A stretch of DNA of 64,000 bases from Felis catus (GCF_018350175.1 NC_058369.1:930001-994000), one strand, 5' to 3'; shown: positions 11,430 through 23,612, numbered from the stretch's first letter. Notes: a model not told the origin generated them from the sequence alone. Numbers and translations: made by a program.

Positions 11430-11680
11430 GCTGGGTGGCTCGAGACGACAGACAGGATTTCCGGGGTGGTGTCACGGGGCTGCCTCCATCTGCCTCTTCC
11501 AGCCCCTGGGGGCTCCAGGTGCCCCTGGCTCACAGCTTCTCTCTTACGAGGATGCTTGTCACTGATGGGAGGCCCATCCTGCCCCAAGATCCTTAATTAC
11601 ATCTGCAAAAGCCCTTTTTCCAGACAAGGCCACGATCTCAGGCTCCGGGGTTGGACGCGGGCATCTCTTAAAGAGCCGTT
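11430..11680 (+). mobile_element. MLT1 LTR relic
   Basis: ctctcttacgaggatgcttgtca...ccttaattacatctgcaaaagccc motif. Confidence 0.55.
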
Positions 11681-12069
11681 GGCGTCACACCGTGGCGCGG
11701 GGTGGTCTCCGAGGACAACTAGCGGGGAGGGGCTGTCCCTGTCTTGGTGTGGCACGTGCTGTTCTGCCCTGGCCGGGGTGGGGGAGGGGGCAGCAGGACT
11801 GCTGGGGGTTCCGGTCAGGCCCGGGCCGAGCGCGGCCTCCCCAGAGCCGGGAAGGCCTGGGGCCGTCCGGGGCCGGGGCGAAGGCATGCTGCGACTGTGC
11901 TCAGGACACCACTGCCGCTGCTAGGTCGTGGGCACATCCGTGGCCCTGAGTCTCCTGTGGCTGCTCCCTGCCTCTGCAGCTCCTTCCGGCGGGTCAGACA
12001 GTGCTCCTCCCAGAATGCCCACGGAGCTGGTCCTGGGGTGGGGGGGTGGTGCCTCACTGAACACTTCAT

Positions 12070-12256
12070 GGTTTCTAATGTTTATTTTTGAGAGAGAGGA
12101 GACAGAGACACAGAGCATGAGCAGGAGGAGGGGCAGCGAGAGAGGGAGACACAGAACCCGAAGCAGGCTCCAGGCTCCGAGCTGTCAGCACAGAGCCCGG
12201 CACAGAGCCCAAACCCACGAACCGTGAGATCGTGACCTGAGCCACTCAGACGCCCC
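12070..12256 (-). mobile_element. CAN-SINE
   Basis: Reverse SINEC body (gaagcaggctccaggctccgagctgtcagcacagagc...gagatcgtgacctgagcc). Confidence 0.85.
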
Positions 12257-12429
12257 CTTTATCATCTGTTTTTAAACACCTTTTTTGTACAATTCATACA
12301 CCATCCAACTTACACAACGTGCATAATCCAGTGGGCTTTGGTATATTACATTATTTTAAAAATTAATAGGCAGTATCTCAGGGAGTGGCTTTTGCCCCCG
12401 TGAGCCAGGCCCAGGCCCAGACCCCCAGG

Positions 12430-12722
12430 AGCCCTTGTTACAAGTGCAGGTTTCCCGCCTGACCTGAGCTTTGGTTCCGGAACCGTCATGCTGAGCACCT
12501 TTCCTGTCACTCTGTGGCTTTCCTTGTAAGAGGGGAATTTGGACGCAGACACGTGCAGAGAGAGAGAAGCCACGAGAAGATGGAGGGAGTGGTGTGGCCA
12601 CAAGCTGAGGGCCACCTGGACCACCAGAAGCTGGACGAGAGGGAGGGCAGGCAGCCCCTCAGCACCTTGTCCTGGGACTTCGCTTCCAGAATGAGAATAA
12701 ATTCTTGGAGGTTTAGGCCACA
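12430..12722 (-). mobile_element. MLT1 LTR relic
   Basis: Reverse strand reads gaatttattctcattctggaagcgaagtcccaggacaaggtg and ccaaattcccctcttacaagg, both MLT1-like. Confidence 0.55.

Positions 12723-12725
<3 letters not shown>

Positions 12726-12773
<48 letters not shown>
12726..12773. repeat. (GT)24 microsatellite
   Basis: Read directly. Confidence 0.97.
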
Positions 12774-12774
<1 letters not shown>

Positions 12775-14329
12775 ACGGCTGCCCCTGGAGGCTCGCACGC
12801 CCAGGGCCGCAGCCCCTGTCCCCAGACCCCCAGCGTGGCCACCTGCTATGGGACCCTCCCCTGTTGGTCTGTAGGCGCAGCAGCTGAGAGCCTTGGGGCA
12901 GCCAGCATTGTCATAAAATGTCATTTATTGCTACAGTGCTGTTATGTACAGGACAGCTCTCCAGGTCAGCTTCAGGGAGGATTGCTTAAAAACATCCCAA
13001 GGAATCCAGCCAGCTGTGGTGACATCTGGATAAAATCATTTTTCTTAAAGAGCTTTTTTTTTTTTTTTTTTTTGAAAACCAGTTACCTTGAGGCACTCAG
13101 CACACTTCCCCGGAATCGTGGGTCTCCCCTCCCTCCCCCAAGGCTGCTTACATGGAATACAAAGTCGGGTAGTGGGGGGGGGGGGGGCAGAAGCTCCTGG
13201 GCCCCCACCCATGAAACCAGAAGTAGAGTAGGAGGGGAACTGAGGCAGGCTCCCCAAAAGACACACGAGACCCACACAGAGGGGGGCGTCAGCAAGGAGA
13301 GTCCCTCTCGAGCCCTCGGCTCCTCACAGACCCCTGGCCAGTCTCCATCAGTCTTGGGTGGGGAACCGCCCAGCGGGAGGCCCCAGGGGACCTCGGGATG
13401 GGAGGCAGCTCTGGATGTCCTGCCTGGTGCTTCCCTTGCAGGCGCCCAGCTCCCTAGCCTCGGGGAGTCCCAGGGCTCCGGGAGTGCGTCAGGCTGGTGT
13501 GCTGCGGTGAACCCCGGGGTCCATACGACCCGTGTGGGTGTGGGGGTACAGGGAGGAGCCCAGCAGGCCTGATCCGCACCCAGAGATCAGACGGAGGGGC
13601 CAATGGTCCTGGCTTCCCTGGGGCTGCAGCGACTCCAAGGACGAGGGCTTTTCACTATAAGCCCCGGACGGTCCTGGGCAAGCTGGGAGGCGCTGGTCTG
13701 CTGGGTGACACGTGAGACCAGAGTGGGGACTCAGGGAGACCTGGGACCTGGGCCTGGGATAGGGCCACCAAGGGCCGAAGGGGCCCACCCTCCTGGTCTT
13801 ATAGGTGAGCAGGTGCAAAGCCTGAGTGCTTTTTAGGGTCTGGGGACAGTCACCTGGTGGGTGAGGGCTTCTGAGCCAGCCCTGAGTGGTATGCAGGCCA
13901 GGTCCCCAGGTCAAAGGAACCGAGGACAGGGTCTCGGGGGGCCCTTGTAGCACCGGGCTCAGCGGTATGGTCCCTGTGCCCAGAACACTGGTCCCAACAA
14001 AATCCAAGTCGGGGAGGCCTGCAGACTGGGAGGGCAGCTTGTGGGGTCCCGGGGAGGGACACGGGGGCCCGCAGGCCGTGGGGAAGCGCCTGGGGACCAA
14101 GCTGCTTTCAGGGGCTCCTAGGCAGTCCTCACGGGAGGATCACTGCCTCCCTGCAGACACCACCCCCCTTCCAGAGGGAGGGGAGAGGCCCGCCCACCAC
14201 TTCACAGTCTCGCCAAACCAAGGGAACCACCTAGACTCTTAAACACCAGCTGGGAGAGCAGCAGCTGGGAGACACTTTGTGCCCGACAGCTCCCGGGGTT
14301 TGGGGGGGCGGGGGGACCTCAGGTTTACA

Positions 14330-14947
14330 GTGGTCTTTTCAATACACTTTTAATAATCTGTTGATCGTGAAATGCAACGCTCAGCTCTAGAATCAGCAGC
14401 AGAAATAGCAAGAGACATGAGACTTTTATACAAAAAATTTGTTGCTTACAAAACATATGCAAAAAAGCTTAAAAAAAAAAGATCAAAGGCATCCTTGTTG
14501 CTAATTTCCTAATACATTAAAAAAAAAAAAAATCTCCTAACTAACGTCCTTTGTTTTCCTTAAGAAAAGAGTCAGGCGTAGGCACGTTCGCCGGCTCGTC
14601 CAGAACCGGCCGGTCTGTGCAGCTTCCGCGTCCGGCGAGCGGCAGGTTCGGACTCCCCCGCGTTTTAGACTTAAGGCATTTTTTGTCTCTTCTGACAAAG
14701 TGTATATCTTGCTCACTTTCTGGTTTTGTTTACAAATAAAAAACAAAACAAAACTGCCCCTTTGGGCCGGGCCTGGGCTGCAGTTTCAGGATCCGTCAGG
14801 TAAGTCCCCAGGTGTCAAGGCCGTGAGACCCGGGGGTGGGGGGCTCAAGGCCGGGGAGGGGCGTCCCCACCCCTGCCCCCTCCCCCCCGGGGCGGTGCCG
14901 GTCACTCGTCCCGTCTGTCCCGCACTCTGTCCCGCGCGGCGCCCCTC
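14330..14947 (-). other. TCF3: TCF3 3' UTR up to the proximal polyA site
   Basis: AT-rich block (ttttgcatatgttttgtaagcaacaaatt) matching mammalian TCF3 3' UTR as recalled; ATTAAA at 14349-14354 on the minus strand. Confidence 0.75.
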
Positions 14948-15090
14948 TCACATGTGCCCGCCGGGGTTGTGGGGCTCACTCAGGCCCGGGTGGGCCGCCG
15001 AAAGCACCATCTGGGGGTCTCCGACCACGCCCGACACCTTCTCCTCTTCTCTGCGCTTCAAGCAGGCCGCTTTGGGGTTCAGGTTACGCT
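14948..15090 (-). CDS. TCF3: TCF3 exon 19 (last coding exon)
   Basis: [47 protein letters not shown]; acceptor ctccctcccccag|. Confidence 0.97.
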
Positions 15091-15218
15091 CTGGGGGAGG
15101 GAGAACAACGTGGGAGAGCGTCCCCTCCCGAGAGAGCGAGCGAGCGAGCGCTGGAGGAGGGGGCGGGGGAGCGGAGCGACTGGAGCCGGGGCGGGGGGCG
15201 GGGCGTGGCGGGGGCGGG

Positions 15219-15470
15219 NNNNNNNNNNNNNNNNNNNNNNNNNNNNNNNNNNNNNNNNNNNNNNNNNNNNNNNNNNNNNNNNNNNNNNNNNNNNNNNNNN
15301 NNNNNNNNNNNNNNNNNNNNNNNNNNNNNNNNNNNNNNNNNNNNNNNNNNNNNNNNNNNNNNNNNNNNNNNNNNNNNNNNNNNNNNNNNNNNNNNNNNNN
15401 NNNNNNNNNNNNNNNNNNNNNNNNNNNNNNNNNNNNNNNNNNNNNNNNNNNNNNNNNNNNNNNNNNNNNN
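15219..15470 (-). other. TCF3: Assembly gap, inferred to hide TCF3 exon 18b (E47 bHLH)
   Basis: No E47 exon is visible elsewhere. A branch point TAACTAAC at 15491-15498 points into the gap, and the gap size fits a ~227-nt exon. Confidence 0.7.
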
Positions 15471-15694
15471 GTCACAGCACCGGGGCCTCTGTTAGTTACG
15501 TGTGGGGCGTGCAGGCAGGCACCTGCTGATGTGTGTGCGCGTGCGTGCTTGTGTGTGCGTGTATGTGAGCACGTGCGTGCTCACGCCCACAAGAACGTGC
15601 TCATTTGTGTGCACAGGGCACACACTCCTGGAGCGGAGACCCTGGGCGTGTGCCTATCTCTGTGCCCACCCTTGGGGCCGGCTGTAGGCAAGGC

Positions 15695-15695
<1 letters not shown>

Positions 15696-15736
<41 letters not shown>
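15696..15736. repeat. (GT)20 microsatellite, (CA)n on the TCF3 sense strand
   Basis: Read directly. Confidence 0.97.
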
Positions 15737-15737
<1 letters not shown>

Positions 15738-17385
15738 TTCCTTGCAAAGGAGACCGACGTGTGACTGTTCCCAGAGAGGGGAAGTAGGGCCTGGGGTTCC
15801 CATCTGGGGATCTGTGGGGTGCAGGAGGGCATCCCTTGCCCTCTGCCCATTCCACATGCCCAAGGACTGGCCGGGAAGGCAGGGGAGGAGACCCGGGCCA
15901 GGAGGATCCCGGAATGATCTTCCCTGGCCAGAGCAGGCTAGGAGCGCTAGGCCTGAGCTGACCGGACCAGCGTGGGTGGGAGAGGCAGAGGAGACTCTGG
16001 CTCAGCAGGCAAAGGCCTGACCCCCACCTCCTGCCCACACCGGACTCTGGCCACCCCAAGAGCTGGATGTGGTGTGGCCACAGGTGCCCTGTCCACAGGC
16101 CCCGACTCTGGGCTGGGAGGGTGGGCTCCCTGGGCCTTCTGCTCTCCGCACTACCGCGAACAGCCCCACCTGACCAAGCAGTGGCTCCGAGTTCCCAAGC
16201 ACCTGCTGTGGACCGGGAGGCACTCACACGTGACTCTGGAGATCAGACACCTGCCTGCTGGGTCCAAACCCTGGCTCAAGCCCTACAAACTGTGTAGCCA
16301 TGCGGTTCTGCCCAAGGGACGTCACTCCGTGCCCTTGTCAGTGGGGTGGGGGCACATCGCACTTGGGACACTGCCACGCTTGGTCCCGCGGAACATGAAA
16401 CAGACACGGCGAAGGCCCGGCTGTGGTGTGCGCCCAAGACGCGGAGGAGCAGCCCAGGCACCTGCATCTGGGCAGCTCCCTGCTGCCCTGTCCTGCTCCT
16501 GTGCTGGGGCGCTGCTGCCCTGCCCCCGCCCACCTGCCCTGGGCCTGAGCGGATCCTGCCGGGTGGCGGCGGCGGCGGCCCCCGGAGCCCAGGACAAGCG
16601 CGCAGACCAAACTGACAGGCCTGAGGCTGGCGCACCCCTTGGTCTCCTTTCTTCCCTCAAGTCCCGACTGGGGGGCTTTGGGGGGAGGAAAGACCCCCAA
16701 GGTCGCAGCCCTGCCATCCGGGGCTTGGGCAGCAAGTGCGAGGTAAGGAGGGGCTGCCGTGGAAGCAAAGGGTCGGGTGGGTGGAGATTGGGGGGGGCGA
16801 GGGGCGAGAGGCAGAGAGCAGAGAGCTGGCGCGGGGAACACGGCGGGGGGGTGCCCACACCACCATGGAAACACGGAAACCTCAGAGCTGAGGGGACAGC
16901 AGGCCGGGTGGGCTAGGGCCCCAGCTCCCGTCCAAGCGACAGCACTGCAGGAAAGAAAGGGTTAACGGGCGCGCGGGAACAGGAGGCGTTAAGGAAGCAG
17001 CTGAGATGGGGAGCCAAGTCCCACGGGGGGTCTTTCTGGATCCACACACAAAGCCCTGGGAAACGGGGTGCGGGGAACCCCACCTGTAGATGGGGTCTGA
17101 CGGGGTCTGATGGGCTGACATGGCCCCAGAATGTGTCTGCTGGGGGCGACAGTGACCTTTGCCCTGGGGCACAGGGGCCTCAGCCAGAGAGCTACAGGCT
17201 TCCCAAGAGGGGGAAGGGCTGGGGTGGGCGGGGATCCCTGGGCTCCAGGGACGCAAGTCAAAGCTGCAGTGTCCGGGCCTGCAGGGCTAGGGGTCCGAAG
17301 ACGGTCCTCCTGTGCCACAGGGGACCCCGGAGCCAGGCTAGGCGGCCCTGGTCAATAGGGGGGACAGCAACTGGGGGGGGGGGGA

Positions 17386-18089
<704 letters not shown>

Positions 18090-18203
18090 CTAAGACAGGC
18101 CTGGGGTTAGGGTCCGGGGCACCTCCAGGGCCACTTGACCGATCCCTTCTGCCCCGTGTGAGCTGTAGTGAGCTCTCCTGGGAGAGCCAGGCCTTTGTTT
18201 GCA

Positions 18204-18298
18204 AAAACAACAACAACAACAACAACAAAAACCAAAAACCCAAAACTCCCCCCAACAAAACCCAATGAAACAGCAATAACAAAAAAACAAAAAACACA
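18204..18298. repeat. (AAC)n / A-rich low-complexity tract
   Basis: Read directly. Confidence 0.85.
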
Positions 18299-18439
18299 CC
18301 CAGAATCAGGTCCCTCCCTCACCCCACAGTCATCAGTTCCAGACAGACCGAGGTCTGGTGGGAGAGGGGATACTCGACAACCTTTAGAAGAAAATGCGTG
18401 GAGACCCTGCTATGACTTAGAGGTGGGGGAACTAGTCCC

Positions 18440-19000
18440 TGAAATACTAAAAGAGCTATTCTCGAACGAAGAAAGAAATTGCTAAAACTCAACTATGTCC
18501 ATTGAGAATTTTTGATTACCAGGATACCATACCAAAAAAATAAGAAAATATGCCACAAGCAATACTTGTCACGTATAAATCGGTGAAGGCTTGGGCTCCA
18601 TAATATGTAAACAGCTCCTACAAACCAATAAAAGGACCAGCGGCTCAACAGGAAAACAGGGAGGGTTCCCAGTGGGCAATTCATATACAAGGAAGCGGCC
18701 ATGGCACCACACCACGAAACTGAGAAAATGCAAATCAGGATCCGGTCAGCCATTAAATCGGCGGACTCGGCAGGACCTAACAATTTGGAAGGACTGCCCG
18801 TGGGAGGGAAGTTGGCAGGGCCAGTTTGGGAAATAATCTGGAATTATCGGAAGGGTACAGGCAACCCCCGATCCCCACAACCTGGAATCACACTCAAGAA
18901 ACTCTTGGGCACAAGCTTCGGAATGCGGCAGAAAGCACCGCGCACGACAACAGAGTGTGAAACAACGTAACGGTCTACACCAGGGCCAGGGCCCATCCTC
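18440..19000 (+). mobile_element. Ancient L1 ORF2 C-terminal relic in intron 16
   Basis: ctcctacaaaccaataaaag and gaaaatgcaaatcag motifs typical of the L1 ORF2 end. Confidence 0.55.
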
Positions 19001-19097
19001 AGCCACCGGCAGCAAGGTGGCCCTCCCAGCCAGTGCATCAGGCCAGCAGGGTGCCAATTTCACAAAGCCCAACACCGCACGATGAAATCTAGGCTTT

Positions 19098-19280
19098 GGG
19101 GTGCCTGGGTGTCTCAGTCGGCTAAGCGTCCAACTTCAGCTCGGGTTATGATCTCTTGGTTCATGCGATTGAGCCCCGTGTCAGGCTCTGTGCTGACAGC
19201 TTGGAGCCTGGAGCCTGCTTGGGATCCTCTCTCCCTCTCTCTGACCCTCCACCGCAAAATCGACAAATTAAAAAAAACAA
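19098..19280 (+). mobile_element. CAN-SINE
   Basis: ggggtgcctgggtgtctcagtcgg head, CT tract, A tail. Confidence 0.88.
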
Positions 19281-19433
19281 AACCACACACAGGGTTTAAA
19301 GGCACGCAGCGATGTTGAACTTGGAACTCTGCAACAGGTGAACTGGGAGGGCAGGGCCAGGTGGGGGGGGGAGGGGAGGGCTCGGGGATACAAGATTCAG
19401 CTCATGGAATCCCCCCAACACACCACGGACATC

Positions 19434-19580
19434 GGGGCATCCTGGGCACTGTGAGGGGTCAAGCAGCATCCCTGCCCCCCCCAACTCAACGCTAGGAGCT
19501 CCCCAGTTGCGATGACCACACACGTCCCAGATACCATCCAGTGTCCCCCGAGACCCTCGGCATAGAGTGATAAAAATCAA
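19434..19580. mobile_element. MER20 (hAT-Charlie) DNA transposon relic
   Basis: ggcatcctgggcactgtgaggggtcaagcagcatccctg...ccccagttgcgatgaccacacacgtcccagata...tgtcccc is colinear with the MER20 consensus as I recall it. Confidence 0.7.
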
Positions 19581-19590
19581 GACATGCAGA

Positions 19591-19783
19591 GGGGGCGCCT
19601 GGGGGGGCTCAGTCGGTTAGGCGTCGACTTGGGCTCAGGTCACGATCTCGCCGTTTGTGAGTTTGAGCCCCACATCGGGCTCTGTGCCGACAGCTCGGAG
19701 CCTGGAGCTGCTTCGGATTCGGTGTCTGCCTCTCTCTGCCCCTCCCCCACTCACGCTCTCTCAAAAAGGGATAAACCAAAAAA
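19591..19783 (+). mobile_element. CAN-SINE
   Basis: ggggcgcctgggggggctcagtcggtt head, CT tract, A tail. Confidence 0.9.
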
Positions 19784-21270
19784 AGAGAGAGAGAGACAGA
19801 GAGAAGCTGCCCTGACGTGGGCTGCGTGGCCGGCTCCTGGGGGCTCCAGACAGCAGGTGGCACTATCGTTACCCACATCCTGTTACCGTGTGATGTGGCA
19901 TTTTCCACAAGGTGGGCACGTGATGTGTGCACTGCCCAGCAGGCCGGCCCCTGTCTGGACCTCGGTTTCCCCCACCACAGTGGAGCCAGCGTCAGCATGG
20001 CACGTGGGGGGGGGCGTCGCCCCCCCTCCCCCCACCAGGGAGGCCTCCGGCCACAGCGGGAACGATGCCTACTGGCCACGGGCCTCCCTCCAGCCGCGTT
20101 CAAGGCAGTCACCTCCTCGGTCCTTTCCCTGCAAAGTTCACACCCCACGGCCGCCGGCCACAACCCTGACCCCACGTTGTCCAGCTTGGGGTCCTCATCT
20201 CAGGAACCTGTGGAACAGTTGCCCCACCCCCCACCCCCAGCCCTGAACTCCACCAAACGCCGAGGAGCCTGGACCCCACTCTGAACTCCAGACCCGAATC
20301 CCACCACCGACGCTGCATCTGAAATCCTGTGGCCTCTGTGCCTTCCGAATACCCGGAACTCGCCACCGCGCCCACCCCCCCACCCCAGGCCCAGCACAGT
20401 CACCTCCAGCCTGGATTTCAGGTGCCACACGGGTCTGTTCTCCTTGCTGCCACCAGAGGGCACCCGTGAGCACCACGTCTGGCAGGTCCCTGCCCTTCCC
20501 ACAGCCATCTAGGGCTCTCCTGGTGCTCGGGGTTAAAGCCCAGTCCTCCCCCAAGACCCTGTGAGACTTGCCTGGTCCCCTCCCTGACCTCACTCTCTCC
20601 TTGCCCGCCCTCCCCTTTCTCCCCCTCAGCACAGGGCTCCTCACTATTTCTTCAACACAGCACCACCCAGCCCCAGGGCCTTTGCACACGCCTCACTCAA
20701 GTACCTGTCAGCTTTTGCTCCTGCCTATCTCGACTCAAACGTCACAATCTCGCACCCCTTCCTCCCCACTTTTGCCCCTTTCCTTTTGCATCGAGTCCAC
20801 TGTTGATCTTCCCCACTCCAGTGTCACCCCCGCAGGGACAGGCTTTTTTGTTTAATTCTCAGTTCACCCCCCAGCGCCGAGAAGAGCCCCAGGCGCGCAG
20901 CGGACGCTGAATGTGTATGTGCCCGTGCCGGGAACCCCCAACGAGCGAACGTGAGGACATCAGGCTCCACCTCCCTGAAGGAAGGAACAGACAGGCTGAC
21001 CTTGCTGGCCTCCTGAAGGGCCTCCCAGTGCAAGGTGTGGGGGATGCTGCGTATGGTGGGGGCCCCACCCCGGGGCCTGGCAGAGAGCAGACCCCTGGCC
21101 TAGCCCTAGCCTGGCGGCTCTCAGCAACTCTGCCACCGTTTTCCAGAAGACGAACCCCATTCAGGGGCACACCGCCCGCTGACCGGGCCTCGCACAGGAC
21201 ATCAGGGCACAGCTGACCCCAAGGCGCCGGCCACCCCTTCCACCGTCCCAGCCGGGACGCGGAGGCTTAC

Positions 21271-21394
21271 CACTGTAGGAGTCTGGGGGCCGAGAGAGGT
21301 CGGGGAGGGGGCCGGGCTGGCTGGGGAGGGCTACGTGGCTGTGCGTGAGGTTGCCGCCGCCTGTGGGCGTGTCTTCCGAGTGGCCGCCTCCCAC
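21271..21394 (-). CDS. TCF3: TCF3 exon 16
   Basis: [41 protein letters not shown]; 124 nt. Confidence 0.95.
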
Positions 21395-21485
21395 CTGCAG
21401 GCAGGGGAGACCGCTGGTCAGTCGGCCGGCCCACCTTGCCCCCCCCACCCCCGTCCCCCTCAGCCCGCCCTCGGACAGCACTCAC

Positions 21486-21644
21486 CAGGCTGGCGTGTCG
21501 CCCACCCAGGGGCAAGACGGGGCCGGGGAAGCCGGAGGCCAGGGCCCCGTGGCCAGGCAGCAGCCCGTGACCATCAGCTGCCGTGCCCACCGCGTGACTG
21601 CGCAGCACGTGGATGGCCTCGTCCAGGCGGTCCTCTACCTTGTT
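21486..21644 (-). CDS. TCF3: TCF3 exon 15 (AD2 helix [12 protein letters not shown])
   Basis: [53 protein letters not shown]; 159 nt. Confidence 0.95.
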
Positions 21645-21997
21645 CTGGAAGGGGGTGTTGGGGAGCTGGTGAAGGGCCCAGACGCAGAGACCCTGCACGG
21701 TTCTGCTCCACCGGCCGGGAGGCCACAAGCACGGTCCGCCAGCTTTGTTCCTCCCGCCCCACGAATCCACCATCACCGGGGCGTCTGTCCTATAAATTCC
21801 GCTGGTCACGGGAGACCGAACGGCCCTCCCGGGACATGGTTTCGAAGTCACAGAAGCCGGTCACAGCAGACACGCTGAGCCGCCCTCACGGGCGACCCCT
21901 CTATTCCAGGAACAGGTATCCCTACCGATGTCACACCTACGAGGACCATGCGCCCCCCCCCCCACCCCCCCCGCCAAGGCTGGGGCAGGAGGCTCAC

Positions 21998-22071
21998 CAG
22001 GCTGTGACGACCCCCATCGTAGCTGGGCGATAAGGCACCGGGGGCTCCCGTTCGGGTCCACTGAGACGTCC
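21998..22071 (-). CDS. TCF3: TCF3 exon 14
   Basis: GTSQWTRTGAPGALSPSYDGGRHSL; 74 nt. Confidence 0.95.
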
Positions 22072-22848
22072 CTGGAAGGGGTGGGTGGTGCGTCAACGGG
22101 GGGCACCCGGGGCTGGGTGCGTAACCAGCCGGATGGGAGCCGGAGCGAGAGAGCGGGTGGGGAGGCGGCCCAGGGGACGGTCACGCCCGGGCCGGTCACC
22201 CGGGGACCCTGATGCCCGCGAGGCCGGTCTAAGGGCCGAGTTGGGAATTTAGCTCCGGTGGGGAGGCCAGGCGGGGCTCCCGGGAACCCACCGTCTCCGA
22301 GACCCACACCCCGCCTCCCACGAGGAAGGCAGCCTGGCGGCACACGTGGGAGGAATCTCAGAAGCCAGAGCAGGGCAGTGGTTGACCCCGGGCCCCTGCA
22401 CGGGCCGAGGTGAGGCGAGGGCCTGCGGGGTTTCTAACAAAACCACCCGGCCTCCCCGAAACTTCACAACGAGCTGATGCCCGGGTAGGTCTTCCTGGGA
22501 ACAGGAGGACCCATCCCCCCCTCGGCGGGGTCAAGCAGAGGGTCGCGCGACTGGCGCCTAACTATCGTCCAGGAGGTGGACGAACACCGACACGTGCGTG
22601 ACCCAGAGTCCGGCTGCGGGTCTCCGCCTGCCACTCTGGCGGGTGGACCCCGTGCCCTGGCCCTGCGAGATCCCATCTGCCCCTCACGGCTCACACAGCG
22701 CGGACTGGCTCAGAGATCACCTCTCTGTCCCAGAGAGACAGCCTCTCTGGGATGCCCACAGGAACACGAGCTCCGGGGCAGGTGGCCCAGCCAGGGCCGG
22801 GGTACCGGATGTAGCCCCCCCCTCCCCTCCCCAGCACCACACACAGAC

Positions 22849-22927
22849 CTGCCAGGCCCTGAGGGGAGCCCACGGGGGTCGAGGGGCTGGAGGAGAAGTT
22901 ATTGCTCGAGTGATCCGGGGAGTAGAT
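22849..22927 (-). CDS. TCF3: TCF3 exon 13
   Basis: [26 protein letters not shown]; 79 nt. Confidence 0.96.
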
Positions 22928-23033
22928 CTGCGACAGGGAGGAGAAATGGGGCCACCCGCCGCGTGGTCAGGGGCAGGCTCGGGCTCCCGGCTCGCCGGCC
23001 CCGCCTCGCCCGCCACCCCGTCCCACGCCTCAC

Positions 23034-23092
23034 CGAGGCCAATGCCTTCCCGAGGGCGTCCCCAGAGCTGCCGGCCGACGTCCCGCGGGAGC
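23034..23092 (-). CDS. TCF3: TCF3 exon 12
   Basis: [20 protein letters not shown]; 59 nt. Confidence 0.96.
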
Positions 23093-23395
23093 CTGGGGGT
23101 GGAGAGGCGAAGCCCCACGTCAGGGACGCGGCGGCCCCGGCACCCAGCCGGCCCCACGCCCGGCTGACGGGGAGCCCCCGTGCGCTTGGTCCTTCCGTGC
23201 CCGACACAGGCGCCCTCGCCCGGCACCGGGCAGCCCGGCCTGGGTCTGGGTTCTGGCCTGGCGTCCCGCCACCCGCCTCCACGGAGACTCTGACGCAAAG
23301 CAAAGCGGGACCCGCCCTTCCAGAAGCCGTTGTGGCCCACAACGCGGACAAAGAGGGCGGGACTGGGAGAGGGAGGCGGCAGGACGAGGCCGTAC

Positions 23396-23528
23396 CCAGG
23401 AGGCCGTCGGCCCCGCTGACAGGTGGCGTGTGGCTGGGGGCGCCGCCGTAGGCGGCCGCGGGGGCCAAGGAGAAGGTGGGCACCGCTGGCAGCCGTCCGT
23501 TCACCTCCGCTCCGTGCAGCTGGTAGCC
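23396..23528 (-). CDS. TCF3: TCF3 exon 11
   Basis: [44 protein letters not shown]; 133 nt. Confidence 0.95.
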
Positions 23529-23612
23529 CTGGGGGCGGGTCAGGTGGGGTCAGGCGGGGTCAGGCGGGGCGCCCCCTCCCCCCCAGCCCCCCACCACCCA
23601 GGCCGTACTCAC

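Noticed and set aside
12514-13572. 352-aa ORF
   Set aside because: Runs through an MLT1 relic, a (GT)n tract and poly-T; no coding signature.
21644-21650. Exon 15 lacks the leading Gln and tandem CAGCAG acceptor recalled for human
   Set aside because: One-residue difference offset elsewhere in the exon; as I recall rodents also lack it.
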